A stretch of 63,132 nucleotides of DNA, the filler included, from Octopus bimaculoides (taxonomy: Eukaryota): the NCBI RefSeq assembly GCF_001194135.2. It is 5 parts of 5 records of this genome, joined end to end, with 100 filler letters (N's around TTAATTAATTAA, not from the genome) between each part and the next. Parts side by side here need not be neighbours in the genome. Positions count along the whole stretch, not along the records: positions 1 to 23,054 come from NC_069005.1; 4 more parts are not named here. One strand, written 5' to 3'. The translations under genes were made by a program, and so were the position numbers. Positions 1 through 12,744 of this stretch are shown here, piece by piece; position 1 is the stretch's first letter, and each line of letters begins with the position of its first letter. The notes under the pieces are model-generated. The model saw nothing but the letters and a program-made list of their open reading frames with translations. It was not told the DNA's origin and searched no databases.

Positions 1-532
1 ATCTCAGAACTTGAGGCAATCCAACGAAGCTACACGAAGAAGATAGCCTCTATGCAGCATATAAGCTATTGGGAAAGACTCAAGAGATTAAGACTCTATT
101 CCTTAGAGCGTAGACGAGAAAGATATGCCATAATATACATCTGGAAGATCCCCGAAGGAATTGTCCCAAACTTTGGCATCGAAAGTTATACAAATAAAAG
201 AACTGGACGCCATTGCATAGTGCCAAGGACTCCAAATTTGCCATCAAGATGTAGGACAAGATACTGGAATAGCCTGAGCTTCAAAGGTCCACAGCACTTC
301 AATATCCTCCCGAAGGACCTAAGAGACCTGCATGCGGTGGATGTAGGTGTCTTCAAGAAGAGGCTGGACCTCTTCCTATCAGGTGTCCCAGATGAACCAG
401 CTTCACGGCAGGAGGCGCAGATGAGAGCAGTTGCATCAAACTCTCTCATGCACCAAATGTCAATTCCTGAAGTAAAATTCGTGAAGTAAAATTGTGTAGC
501 AACACCAAATGGCGGTGCCCCAGCATGGCCAC

Positions 533-533
<1 letters not shown>
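1..533 (+). mobile_element. CR1-like non-LTR retrotransposon, 3' end (post-RT C-terminus plus 3' UTR)
   Basis: ORF 52-489 has YWERLKRLRLYSLERRRERY...FKKRLDLFLSGVPDEP, typical of the C-terminus of CR1-group LINE ORF2. A short UTR ends in ggcggtgccccagcatggccaca, followed by (TA)n. Confidence 0.8.
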
Positions 534-577
<44 letters not shown>

Positions 578-788
578 TATATATACATGCATATATACAT
601 ATATATATATGTGTTGTGTATGTGTGTGTGCGTATTGTTCTGAGAAATAGAAAGAACAAGGTGCGTGTATACTTAACGCAATGGAAAGTGTCCTATAAGA
701 AAGTAGACAGACAAAAAGACAGAACAAAAGATGGATAAAACGAAAGGCGAAAAAACAACCCACTGTTGAATGTATATATATATATGTG

Positions 789-836
<48 letters not shown>

Positions 837-870
837 CATACATACATTCATACATGCATACATACATACA
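534..870. repeat. Compound (TA)n/(CA)n/(TG)n/(CATA)n microsatellites
   Basis: Directly visible di- and tetranucleotide runs. Confidence 0.95.
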
Positions 871-1041
871 AACATCTTAAAAGTAAATAGACAGTATGAT
901 TGTTTTTTTGAAACAAAATAATGTAATTTAATGCATTTAAATACTTAATCTAGTATTTAGCAGTCATGCGTTTGGGCACCGTATTAATGAGCAGTATCCG
1001 AAAAGATAAAACTATAAAATGAGGAGCGTCTTTTTACTTTT

Positions 1042-1070
1042 CATTGATTGATTGATTGATTGACTGATTG

Positions 1071-1155
<85 letters not shown>
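1042..1155. repeat. (GATT)n followed by (GATA)n microsatellite
   Basis: Directly visible. Confidence 0.95.
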
Positions 1156-1158
<3 letters not shown>

Positions 1159-2189
1159 TATTACATACATACACATGTCAGGCTTCCACACAAAATTTCA
1201 CTCACGATGCATTGGTAAGACCAGGGTTGTAGTTGAAGATACTTGCCTAAGGTACCTCGCAGTGAGACGGAACTGGACAGCACGTGGAACAACCTTTAAA
1301 TTAAAAAAACGCTGAAGTCTTTGTAAACATTACATTTATTCATTAAAATTTATCAATATTACTTCGCGGCCAAAAAAAAATGGAAAGAGTTCTTTGAAAA
1401 ACACCCAATCATTAACATTAATTCTAGACAAGCAAAATCTTTAAAAACACGTGAGGAACACAAAACTACATTTAAAAAAAATATGAATGGAAAAGCGAGA
1501 AATTGGAACCGACTTCACTATGCAGTAGGCGATTATTTATTAGAAGGTCCCGAATTCCATTTGAAAAAAGGGCCTCTTTTCAAAGTTAAAGCTATCTTTT
1601 GCGTGAAATTCCGTAAATTTATTATATATTTTAATATGGTAATGTTGCCGAGGTTATTAGGTCATCAAACTGGCTTAACAATCCGTTGAGGAGTGACTCG
1701 TCCTTCTCAGTAAATGACACAACCATACATAACAAACATTCCTGAGTCAATTTATTGATAATTGTTGGAGTCAAATCTCTCTGAATTTTACTATCTTCAG
1801 TGAATCGATTCAACTACAGAACAACAAAAACAACAAATAACAGATGCAATTTATTAACATATATCGGGTAAAATTTAATGCATGTTCCACTTGATAAAGC
1901 TTGAAGGACAGAGTTATGTCACATAAGGGACGTAATAAAGGGGTACCAACGTGGTTGTTTTCTCTGATAGAAACAGCATTTAAATCTCCCTCAAATCACG
2001 CCTTGTGCTTCTTCTAAAGCACACGCTTCATGTGTTTCTGTGTCCCTTGGACATAGGGAAAAATTTTGATCGTCACGCCGGTTGAAATGTCTTTAATCGT
2101 ACATCTGCTGCATTAATGTTGACCAGAGGTCATAAACAACCATAGCAAAATCAATATCACCATTCCTGGCTGCTCGTCATCGCCTTTTA

Positions 2190-3020
2190 GTGGTGTTGGT
2201 GGTGGTGGTCGTGGTGGCGGCAGTGGTTATGGTAGTGGTGGTACTGGTGATGGTGGTGATGGTGGTGGTCATGGTGACAGTGGTTGTTGTTGTAGGGGTG
2301 GTAGTAATTGTGGTGTCGGTCATAGTAGTTATGGTGGTTGTGGTGGTGGAGTTCGGGGTGGTGACGGCACTGGTTGTGGCGCCCGTAGAGATCTAGTGGA
2401 CTGTGTTAAGAGTAGTAATGATGACTGTGCTAGCGATAGTGATGGTGATCAATGGTGGCGAGGCTGTTGATGGTGGAAGTAGTGTGGGTTACAGTGGTTG
2501 GTGGTAGTAACTGAATGAGTGGTAGTGAACGTGGTGGTGGTTGTGGTGGTGGTGGTGGTTTTATAAATAATGGTGGCCTTCGTGTTACCGTAGATAGTAG
2601 TAGCGATAGTTGTGGTAGGAGTAAAGGTAGTAGTAGTAGCAGTGTTAGTGTGACGATGCGAGTGGCAGTGGTGGTGGTGGTGGTGGTGGTGGTNNNNNNN
2701 NNNNNNNNNNNNNNNNNNNNNNNNNNNNNNNNNNNNNNNNNNNNNNNCGGCAGCAGCGGCAGCAGCGGCAGCAGCGGCAGCAGCGGCAGCAGCGGCAGCA
2801 GCGGCAGCAGCGGCAGCAGCGGCAGCAGCGGCAGCAGCGGCAGAAGCAGCAGCAACAGCAGCAACTACATCAACAACACTAATAAGAGCAACAGCAACAC
2901 AACAGCAACAACAGCAGCATCAAATACTTTTACTACTGCTGCTGCTGATTCTACTAATACTACTACTACTAACAACAACAACAATAACAACAACGATGAT
3001 GATGATGGTGGTGATGATGA
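2190..3020. repeat. Trinucleotide low-complexity field (GTG/GTA/CAG/CAA/GAT), including a (CGGCAGCAG)n 9-mer array at 2748-2843
   Basis: Directly visible; about 10 copies of the 9-mer follow the N gap. Confidence 0.9.
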
Positions 3021-3365
3021 TCTACTGATTGGAAGTGTTATCATGTACATTGGTTTGTCTTGGTATAAAAGATGGGCTACAGCAAATATTCTGCTCAATA
3101 CTACAGATTTGCTTGTTGGTTGTTTGACCTTAACCAGTTGGGCATGTCCCTTTGTGGCTGACGATATGTGCATCTCTGATCATGAGCAGAAGTAGTGGTG
3201 GGGGGGCATCATAGCCATGTGTTGAGAGGAATTCTTTGTGGGGTTTGGATAATTCACCTTTGGAAACAAGGGTGTTTTGTTCACTATCCTTAAACGAACC
3301 TTATTCAGGGACCTTTTGAGCGGGGTGAGCTACCCAACCTGAAGAAAATTCCAACTGGGCCCCAC
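3018..3365. mobile_element. Partial copy of a non-coding interspersed repeat, inverted relative to the copy at 27211-27759
   Basis: The reverse complement aligns along its length to about 27380-27730 (e.g. gatgggctacagcaaatattctgctcaata vs tattgagcagaatatttgctgtagcccatc). Flanked by trinucleotide repeats. Confidence 0.85.
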
Positions 3366-3384
3366 AGTGGCAGCATCATCACCA

Positions 3385-3427
3385 CCAACAACGACGACGA
3401 CGATGACGATGACGATGATGATGATGA

Positions 3428-3487
<60 letters not shown>

Positions 3488-3527
3488 GTGGTGGTGATGA
3501 TGATGGTGATGATGGTGATGATGGTGG

Positions 3528-3580
<53 letters not shown>

Positions 3581-3610
3581 ATGATGATGATGATGATGAT
3601 NNNNNNNNNN

Positions 3611-3703
<93 letters not shown>

Positions 3704-3734
3704 GATGATGATGATGATGACGATGATGACGATC

Positions 3735-3794
<60 letters not shown>
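3385..3794. repeat. (GAT)n/(GGT)n microsatellite
   Basis: Directly visible. Confidence 0.95.
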
Positions 3795-3796
<2 letters not shown>

Positions 3797-4283
3797 TGAG
3801 AAGAAGAATATCGAGACGGATAAAAGTAATGAAAACAACCGCAAACAAGGAAGTAAATAAGATTTTTTGTAACGAAAGAAATTTCAATTTAAATAGCAAC
3901 AACCACAGCGTTAATAATTTCAACTGTAGCAGCAGTGTCACAAATTAGCATCAGTAAACTGCGGGACGACGCGATAATTAATTATGATAGCAACAACAAC
4001 GGTGAGAATTCTAATTGCTAAAGCAGCATCTGGATTTAGCAACAGCAACGTACGGAACAACGCAGTTATGAAATACAATCGCAACAACGTTAATAACATC
4101 AACTGCAATTACAGCCGGTGGAATTAGCAACAGTAACATGACGAGGAGAACAATATTTAATTACAACAGCAACAACAACAACAACAACATTGATAATTTC
4201 AGTAACAGCAGATTCTGAAATTAATAGCATCAGCATACGGAACAACACAATTTCAATAGCAACAGCAATAACAGTATTAATAA

Positions 4284-6000
4284 CCCTGGTTACAACAATT
4301 TTTTGCTCTGAGGCAAGGGTGTGAATAGGTGGGTTTTTTTTTTTACTAATTTTGATGTGGTGAATTCAATTTTCTGAACAGATTTGCTCTATCACCTCTA
4401 GTTTTTTTTTTTGCTTTCACATATCCCATTTTAATTATACTGCATTTTAAAAATATAATGTTACAAAGGCATATTACAGAAAACAATACAAAAAAAAACA
4501 GCATAGATACAGAACATTGACGGAACTAAATTATCTGGATAATACAATACACACAAATCATAGTACAGCAGACAGAGACGAGTTTTTTGGATGGTCTTGT
4601 GTAATTTGCCTCCGGGATGTCACGCAAGAGCATCCGGCAAAAATCCCCCATCATGCTGGGATTTCACTTGCTTTGGTAGCGGCTCTCCATCTTAGTAATA
4701 TCTTAGTGAAACCTTTCTCCATCTTAGTAATATCTTAGTGAAACCTTTCTCCATGCTCATCACTCACTGCTCCGAGCTTCAGAGGGAAGAAGTTGAGGTG
4801 GGAGTGGAAAAAGGGAATTTTGAGTGACATTCGGTATTCCATATCCTCATAAGACTATAACAACTTCTCGATACACTCTTGGTGTGTTACCAAGGAAGCC
4901 AAGGCAGACTGGCTTAAATGCTTCCCATGCTCTCAGTTCCTTGAGCTTAGCAGAATTCAGAGCTGGGAACAGAGTGCACAAGTATTGGAAGGCAGCGCCA
5001 TTTTTGTCCATGGCCTTCACGAAATTCTTCATTAAACTAAGCCTGATATGAAGATGAGGCAGAAGCACCTTGTTCATGTCCACCAGAGGCTTTTCTTGCA
5101 CACTGTGTTCACCAGACACGAAAGTGCTCCTAGATTCCCAGTCCTTCTGTGCTCCTAGATCCCTAGTCCTTCTGTACTCCTAGATCCTTAGTCCTTCTGT
5201 GCTCCTAGATCCCTAGTCCTTCTGTGCTCCTAGATTCCTAGTCCTTCTGTGCTCCTAGATCCCCAGCTTGTAGTGCTTGGGTACAGCCCGACTGTCCCTG
5301 AGACAGAGAAAGCAACAGTACTTTGTGAAGCCCGCTTGCATACTCATAACAAGCCCAACGACCTTGAGTTCCCTGCAGAGACTCCACTGGTATGGTTGTA
5401 CTCGACAGCATCCAAAAGGAGCTCCGTATTGTCATACAACTCCTTCAGATGGACTGGGTAGGTAATGGGAATGCTGGGGTATTTATTCTCATTATGCAGG
5501 AACACAGCCTTCAGACTTCGCTTGGAAGAGTTTATGAAAAGATGCCGGTCTGAGGGATTGTGTGGCAAACGAAGGAAGGTGAACAATCGAGAGACATTTG
5601 TGCAGTTGCACAACCTATTTTTCATGTCGAAGAATGAAGCAAAGTCCTGGTTCCGTGTCCTGAAACTGGTGATCCTTACATCTGTCTTGATCAGGTTCCA
5701 CTGCTTAAGCCGGGATGCCAGAAGCTCTGGCCGTTGCTTAGATAGATACAAATCACGGGCAAGGCCATTCAGGCCTTCCTGCGTCATCCGGTGGGGCTCA
5801 TTGCCACTTGCTCCTGGATAGACATTGTCTTCAGAAGAGATTGACTTTGGCAGAATCTTCTCCTAAAGGCATTTCGTCATCTGATGAAGGAAGATAATCC
5901 TCATTTGCTGGAGGTGTAGGGACAGGGAGATCATCTGAGTGGAGAACAGGTCTCATAGCTGAGTAAAGGTTGGGATATTTGAATTTTTTTTCTAGAAGCA
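4284..6000 (-). mobile_element. Decayed Chapaev3-like (CMC) DNA transposon
   Basis: Frameshifted minus-strand pieces read LYLSKQRPELLASRLKQWNL, LFINSSKRSLKAVFLHNENKYPSIP, VLLPHLHIRLSLMKNFVKAMD, LGAVSDEHGERFH and MESRYQ. A CAC-like terminus (ccctggttac) lies at 4284, preceded by TAA. The superfamily assignment rests on motif recall. Confidence 0.7.
5124..5266. repeat. 25-bp minisatellite (GTGCTCCTAGATCCCTAGTCCTTCT) x5.5 inside the transposase relic
   Basis: Units start at 5124, 5149, 5174, 5199, 5224 and 5249. Confidence 0.95.
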
Positions 6001-6360
6001 GCGTTGAAACCTGCTATATTTGTTAGACAAAAATAATAATCATCTACATGGATTTGTGGCTCTCTCCAGACGATTGGGACAGCAAAGTTGAAAGCTACTT
6101 TCTTGCCGTTAAACTATGCAGTTAGTCCATTGTAGCAGGATTTACAACAGATGTGTGGGGCCCAGGATTTGTCCTGATCTCCAATTTTACAGCCAAAATA
6201 ATGAAAGTAAGCAGTTCTCGGGAGGGAAGTAATTGTTCGGCACTGCAACTGTCGTGAAATCCCCACACACGTAGCAGAATGAATTCGCCTCGTTGATGCA
6301 TCCTCGGTGGTTTGAAGTGCCTGAAGCCATTGTAGCGATGTGTATCATATATATCACAAA

Positions 6361-6500
6361 CATCTGAGTTCAAATTCCGCCGAGGCTGACATCGCTTTTC
6401 ACCTTTCCGGAGTCGAAAAATCAGTACCAGCTAAGCATTGGAGTCGACTTACCCCCGCCCTCAAAATTGCTGGCCCTGTGCCAAAATTTGAAATCAATAA
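6361..6500 (+). mobile_element. tRNA-derived SINE, family B, 5'-truncated
   Basis: B-box region ctgagttcaaattccgccgagg matches the copies at 44403, 44641 and 56989. Confidence 0.75.
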
Positions 6501-7094
6501 TTACTATATCAACAACAAGCATCAGTAAACAGTAAATAAACACAATACTATACAAACAAAAATTGTATCATAAGATTGATAACGACAATAATAATAATAA
6601 TCACAAACAGAACAGACTCAAAAGAGTCTGTTCTGTTATATATTATATAGTTATTTTGTTCTGTTATACATTATATAGTTATTTTGAGGAAACAGATACC
6701 GCTTAAAAAGGGATGTAGACATACAAGCCTCAGCGGTTTAATTTTATACATCATTGAAATTTTCAGGAGTTTAGTATTAATTAACAAACACTATTAGCGT
6801 TTATTGTTTAATAATAGGCACCAATTAAATACATTACGAAGGACAATGATTGTTTTTCTTCGGTACATATGAGTATATTTCAATATAGTATATAAGAAAA
6901 TGGAGTTTCAACAGATAAACATCAATTTATTAACACATTGTCAAATTCTCTGTTACCTACAATTGTTTCCATACTCAATTAATTTTTAATTTATTAGTTT
7001 TGTAATTAAATGAGTTGAGTATGGAAACAATTTTAGGAGACAGAGAATTTAACAATATGTTAATAAATTGAAGTTTATCTGTTGAAACACTCCA

Positions 7095-7110
7095 TATTCT
7101 TATGATCAAA

Positions 7111-7150
<40 letters not shown>

Positions 7151-7174
7151 GTGCACGTATGCATATATACTCAT

Positions 7175-7267
<93 letters not shown>

Positions 7268-7533
7268 GCTAATATATATATACATAATATTATGTATGTG
7301 TGTGTGGGCGTGTGTGAGCGTGTGTGAGCGTGTGTGAGCGTGTGTGAGCGTGTGTGCGTGTGATGTATAACTTTACAGATTTCATCATAGCAAGAAAATA
7401 CTTCATGTATGAAAGAGGTTTAGAGAACTTACTGAAAAAAATTACATAAAATTTTATATATCAAAGAATGTATATCTATATAAGTAGAGAGAGAGAGAGA
7501 GGGGGGGGGAGAGACAGAGAGACAGAGAGAGAC

Positions 7534-7576
<43 letters not shown>

Positions 7577-7657
7577 CACAGACACACACATATATATATC
7601 CACATATATAAACATAGGTATATAGATGTACACACACACCTATATGTATGTATATAT
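7095..7657. repeat. Compound (TA)n, (CA)n, (GTGAGCGT)n, (GA)n, (GATA)n microsatellites
   Basis: Directly visible. Confidence 0.9.
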
Positions 7658-8599
7658 NNNNNNNNNNNNNNNNNNNNNNNNNNNNNNNNNNNNNNNNNNN
7701 NNNNNNNNNNNNNNNNNNNNNNNNNNNNNNNNNNNNNNNNNNNNNNNNNNNNNNNNNNNNNNNNNNNNNNNNNNNNNNNNNNNNNNNNNNNNNNNNNNNN
7801 NNNNNNNNNNNNNNNNNNNNNNNNNNNNNNNNNNNNNNNNNNNNNNNNNNNNNNNNNNNNNNNNNNNNNNNNNNNNNNNNNNNNNNNNNNNNNNNNNNNN
7901 NNNNNNNNNNNNNNNNNNNNNNNNNNNNNNNNNNNNNNNNNNNNNNNNNNNNNNNNNNNNNNNNNNNNNNNNNNNNNNNNNNNNNNNNNNNNNNNNNNNN
8001 NNNNNNNNNNNNNNNNNNNNNNNNNNNNNNNNNNNNNNNNNNNNNNNNNNNNNNNNNNNNNNNNNNNNNNNNNNNNNNNNNNNNNNNNNNNNNNNNNNNN
8101 NNNNNNNNNNNNNNNNNNNNNNNNNNNNNNNNNNNNNNNNNNNNNNNNNNNNNNNNNNNNNNNNNNNNNNNNNNNNNNNATATATATGTATGTATATTGT
8201 AGCTAAGTATGTGTGTTTGAATTTACGCAATATATGTATGTAATCCATTCAACTAACAAGGGGATCAGTGTAGTTTAGAATTATTTCGATGATCTTAAGA
8301 TGGTTGCCAATCATAGTAAGATAGTAAGATGGCTGTCTATCAAATTAAGAACTTAAGATAGCTGTCAATCTCATTACGATCAGACGATGACTGCCAATAA
8401 CACAAATATCTTAAAGGTGTCTTGTCTATCAGAGTAGCTTGTTAAGATGGCTCTGCCATACGCTAAAAGTGGCAGTATGGATTCGAGACATTTAAATATT
8501 TGATATAGTGTATATATATATATATATATAATACAAATAATAAATGAGTATATGCACATATACGTACATGTATGTACATACCTATACCTACATGTATAT

Positions 8600-9180
8600 A
8601 TAGATGCATATCTGGGTGCAGGACGTTACAAAAAAAACGTGGACAAAATGATAAACAGAGTACAGAAAACACACAGGCCACATAGAGAACGTTTCCTTCG
8701 TCAGCTGCCACCATTCTAAAACTAACCGTTTCGAAGAGTTAGAGAAGGACGCATTGTTAGAATGGCTCTTCCCACGGACCACAAATTAACTTTGTACCGT
8801 GGAGGAATGTAGTGACGGACAGAAAACAAGACAGGAAAATGAAGCAGTGAAAATAAACAAGAAAGGCTATACGGCCAGACGTGGAAGAATATGTGTATAC
8901 TGAACGCTGTGAAGCAACAAACTGGAAGGAAGAGGGACGAAGAATAGTTCGTGCGAGCTTGGCGATGGCCAAGGTAAGAAATGAAGTAGTAACCGGACAC
9001 ATGTGACCAGCGAGGGGTAAGGAGAAAGACTGGTAGAGGGAGAAAAAGGGGAGGAAGTAGAATATAGGTGAGCAACGAGAGACAGGGAGGGAGAGGGAGA
9101 TATAGTAGTGCAGGGGAGAGGCGAAGAACAACAGAAGGAAGAACGAGAGGGGGAGAAAGATACAAAGATAGAGTCGCGTC
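8600..9180 (-). mobile_element. Possible Penelope-like terminal/UTR fragment
   Basis: Pyrimidine-rich minus strand with a CUGACGA-AG-GAAAC-GUU motif at 8685-8707. No coding homology seen. Confidence 0.35.
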
Positions 9181-9182
9181 AG

Positions 9183-9226
<44 letters not shown>

Positions 9227-9838
9227 CGTCGGCGTCGGTGCTCACTCGTATCCGAGTAGTATATCTGTAGCATAGGAGGACTGAGTCTCTAGAGCATGAT
9301 GGGTGCGAAGGTTGCGAAGTGTGTCGGTGGCTGTCAGGCTAAGGGTTGTTTAGAGGAGCTGGGGACATTTATCGCAGTGGAGGGTTTGTGGAGGACTGAA
9401 ACAACTTCAGTTGTCTCGACGCAAAACATTGTCTGTTAATTGTCATCCAATCAATAGACCTTTCTCACTCCCCACATCTATTATTATGTATGCTTATGTC
9501 GATTAGTCCGAGGGAAAACTTTATTGACTCTACCGAGTGACGTTAGATATACATTGACTCATTTTGCGCGTTTACTTTTTTCGCCTTAGCACACTTACAG
9601 GTCATTTTGAATTGTAGACAACTGAATTTATAGTTCGCTGTTTTGCACTTCGGTTGGAAATTGTTGCTATGTTTTCTTCGATCGTTAATAAAGTTATTAT
9701 TTTACATTATAACAGGGACGAGGAAGTGCGAATCGCTCTTTGTATCTTAGACGTCTGATCTCTGTCCCTTTGAGGCTTTTTATATCATAGACCTTCTGTT
9801 GTTTAGCGCTTTTGAAAGTTCCTTGACACTACATGTTC

Positions 9839-10095
9839 ATGAAATTAACGCGAAAGTAGCTGAGCACTCCACAGACATACGTACCCTCAACGTAGTTCTC
9901 CGGGAGATTCAGCGTGACGCAGAATGTGATAAGGCTGGTCCCTTTGAATTACAGGTATAACTCATTTTTGCCAGTTGGGTAGACTGGAGCAACGGGAAAT
10001 AAAGCGTCTTGCTTGACCAAGGACACAACGCGCCGTCGGGAATCGAACTAATGACCTTACGATTGTGAACCGAACACCCAACCACTAAACCACAC
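9839..10095 (-). mobile_element. tRNA-derived SINE, family C
   Basis: The minus strand has an A-box (tagtggtt) and B-box (gttcgattcc), then gttgtgtcctt...ctccagtctacccaactggcaaaaatgagt. Matches 60062-60275. Confidence 0.8.
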
Positions 10096-11199
10096 ACGCA
10101 CACACATATATATATATATACACATACACATAAATACATATATATATATATANNNNNNNNNNNNNNNNNNNNNNNNNNNNNNNNNNNNNNNNNNNNNNNN
10201 NNNNNNNNNNNNNNNNNNNNNNNNNNNNNNNNNNNNNNNNNNNNNNNNNNNNNNNNNNNNNNNNNNNNNNNNNNNNNNNNNAATATGACCTGCTGATGAG
10301 AATTTATGGAGGTAAACTCTCAAAATTTGAAATCAATTCACCTAGGAATATCTATCACGCTGAGTAAAAATGTAAACAACGTTTTGAAATACGAAATTCA
10401 TCACAATATATTTCAACAATACGGAAATTTTATTCATCAAAGTACCATTACAATCAACACTTTTTTGCGGAGCAAGCGAGACAGCAACTGCAGTAGATTT
10501 AGTATGATTGTGACGGTGGTGGTGGTGGTAGTGGTGGAGTGACGACTCGGATGTTGCTGTTATTCTTCTTCTTGTTTGTAGTGGAGTTGGTGGTAAATAT
10601 TGTTGCGATGAAAATGATGGCTGTAGTATTTTAAAAAATGCAGAAAGTAAAAACGAAAGTGCCTACCACATATTAATATATGGGTGTAATGGCGGCAACA
10701 CTGATAGACTCAATGATATTGTTATCACTTTTGTTTTCGGTTGTTGTCCTTAGTTTCTAACAATTTTCACAGGGGACAGGATCTGTTGGTTACTGATGCT
10801 ATTATTTAATGTGCATCATTAATGGCTGACATAACGTTATAGCAAAGCTCTTTATTTCTTATGCAGTAACGCAACTCGCTTCGTACGAATCAATTGATTC
10901 GTGCTAACACTTCATTGAGTGAGTGATTGAGATATTTTACGTAATGGATCCTTATTTACTTTTTTCTACAGCTTAAAACCTAGAGGAATTTCTCGGGTTC
11001 ATTGCAAGGAACAATGAATATTTTCAGATGTCGACTTCACTGATACGACACCATGATTGTGTGTCAGACATTAGCTGTGTACATATGAATGTATATTTGC
11101 GTAACAATGGCGTCCGTTCGCTTGGGCACACACGCGGAAAGATGGACGGTAGTGGAGAAAACATAATTTTAAATAATACCTTATACGTTTAATCTTTTA

Positions 11200-11390
11200 T
11201 CTTTTACTTCGGTCATACTGGAGCAGTGCATTGAAGTCGAACAAATCGATAAAAGTATGTGTAATTTCTTCAAGCGCGGTACTTATTCTATCGGTCTCTT
11301 ACGGCGGACCGCTTATTTACGGCGCTGAACAAACCAATACCGTTTATCGAGCGGTGATGAGCAAAAATAAAGTGCCAAACAATGAGTCTC
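11200..11390 (-). mobile_element. SINE family A, degraded 3' part
   Basis: tacttattctatcggtctctt is the reverse complement of the family A body seen at 26740-26760. Confidence 0.6.
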
Positions 11391-11949
11391 AACCTGAAAC
11401 CATATGGTTAGAAAGGAAGCCTACTAACCTTGGTACATCTGCACTATCATGTGTGTGTGTGGGGGGGGGGGGGGGGGGTGAGTTTATAGATAGATACATA
11501 CATCCAACCATCCATCCATACATACAGACATACATACATGCATGCATGCATATGTACATATTAACGCCCGGCTTTGCTGAGAGATTCTGAATTCACCTTC
11601 GCAACTAAGTGATTTGGGGTTCGATTTCACCTCGTGGCATTTTGTTTAAGTGTTCTCCAATATAGCCCCAGGATTATCAATAACTTCTGGATGCAATTTG
11701 GCAAACAGAAACACTACAGAAGCTCGTTGTACAAACATGCACGCATGCACGCACACACGAACACATGCACGCACACGCACACGCACACACCGCACCCACA
11801 TGTATATATATATATATATATTTGCGTAAATACAGTGTACATTTAAACACATAGGAGGTAACCATCATAGGATACCTGGCACGCTAGAAGGAATAGCCAA
11901 AATCCAAACCACTATTAGGGATAAATTTCGAAGGGAATGAAAAATAAAA

Positions 11950-12182
11950 ACATACATACATACATACATAAATACATACATACATATATACATGTATACA
12001 TACATACATAAATGCATACATATATAAATGCATACATACATACATAACTGCATACATACATACATAAATGCATACATAAATGCATACATACATACATAAA
12101 TGCATACATACGTACATACATACATACATACATACATACGTACATACATACATACATACATACATACGTACATACATACATG
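11950..12182. repeat. (CATA)n microsatellite
   Basis: Directly visible. Confidence 0.95.
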
Positions 12183-12494
12183 AATTGAGTTACAGCACAA
12201 ACGTCGGTCGCATGGCCTAATACTTTAGTTCCAGTTCCATCCACATATCGTCATACGATATCAGCTGTTGGCTTAATTTGTAGAATTCATAATACTTAAT
12301 TATCAAATTCCTAATAATCCTCTAATGTAATCACTTCAACCTACGAAAATGATTTGGCAATTAAGCGAGAAGCGATTAATTAGTGACATGATTAATTTAA
12401 GGGTTTTCCTGTTGCCGTTGGACACTACAACACGTTTACAACATTTAGTCTTAATTACAACAGGGTTGCGGCAGATAGATGTTGCACCTATTGT

Positions 12495-12660
12495 TGTGGG
12501 TAAGTGGTTAAGAAGCTTGCTTTAAAGCCATGTGGTCTTGAGTTCAGTCCCACTGCGTGGCACCGTTGCTACGCGTTTTCTAGTATAGCTCTGGGCCAAC
12601 CAAAGACTTGTGAGTGGATTTGGTAGACGGAAATTGAAAAGAAGCCCGTCGTATGTATGA

Positions 12661-12712
<52 letters not shown>

Positions 12713-12744
12713 GTATTTATGTGTCTAAGTCTTAACGTTGCCCC
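12495..12744 (+). mobile_element. tRNA-derived SINE, family A, 5' part running into a gap
   Basis: gagttcagtcccactgcgtggcac...gagtggatttggtagacggaaattgaaaagaagcccgtcgta followed by an internal (TG)n. Confidence 0.8.

Noticed and set aside
5124-5266. CRISPR-like appearance of the 25-bp array (also the 31-bp and 34-bp arrays)
   Set aside because: The units are contiguous with no unique spacers, there are no cas genes, and the context is eukaryotic.
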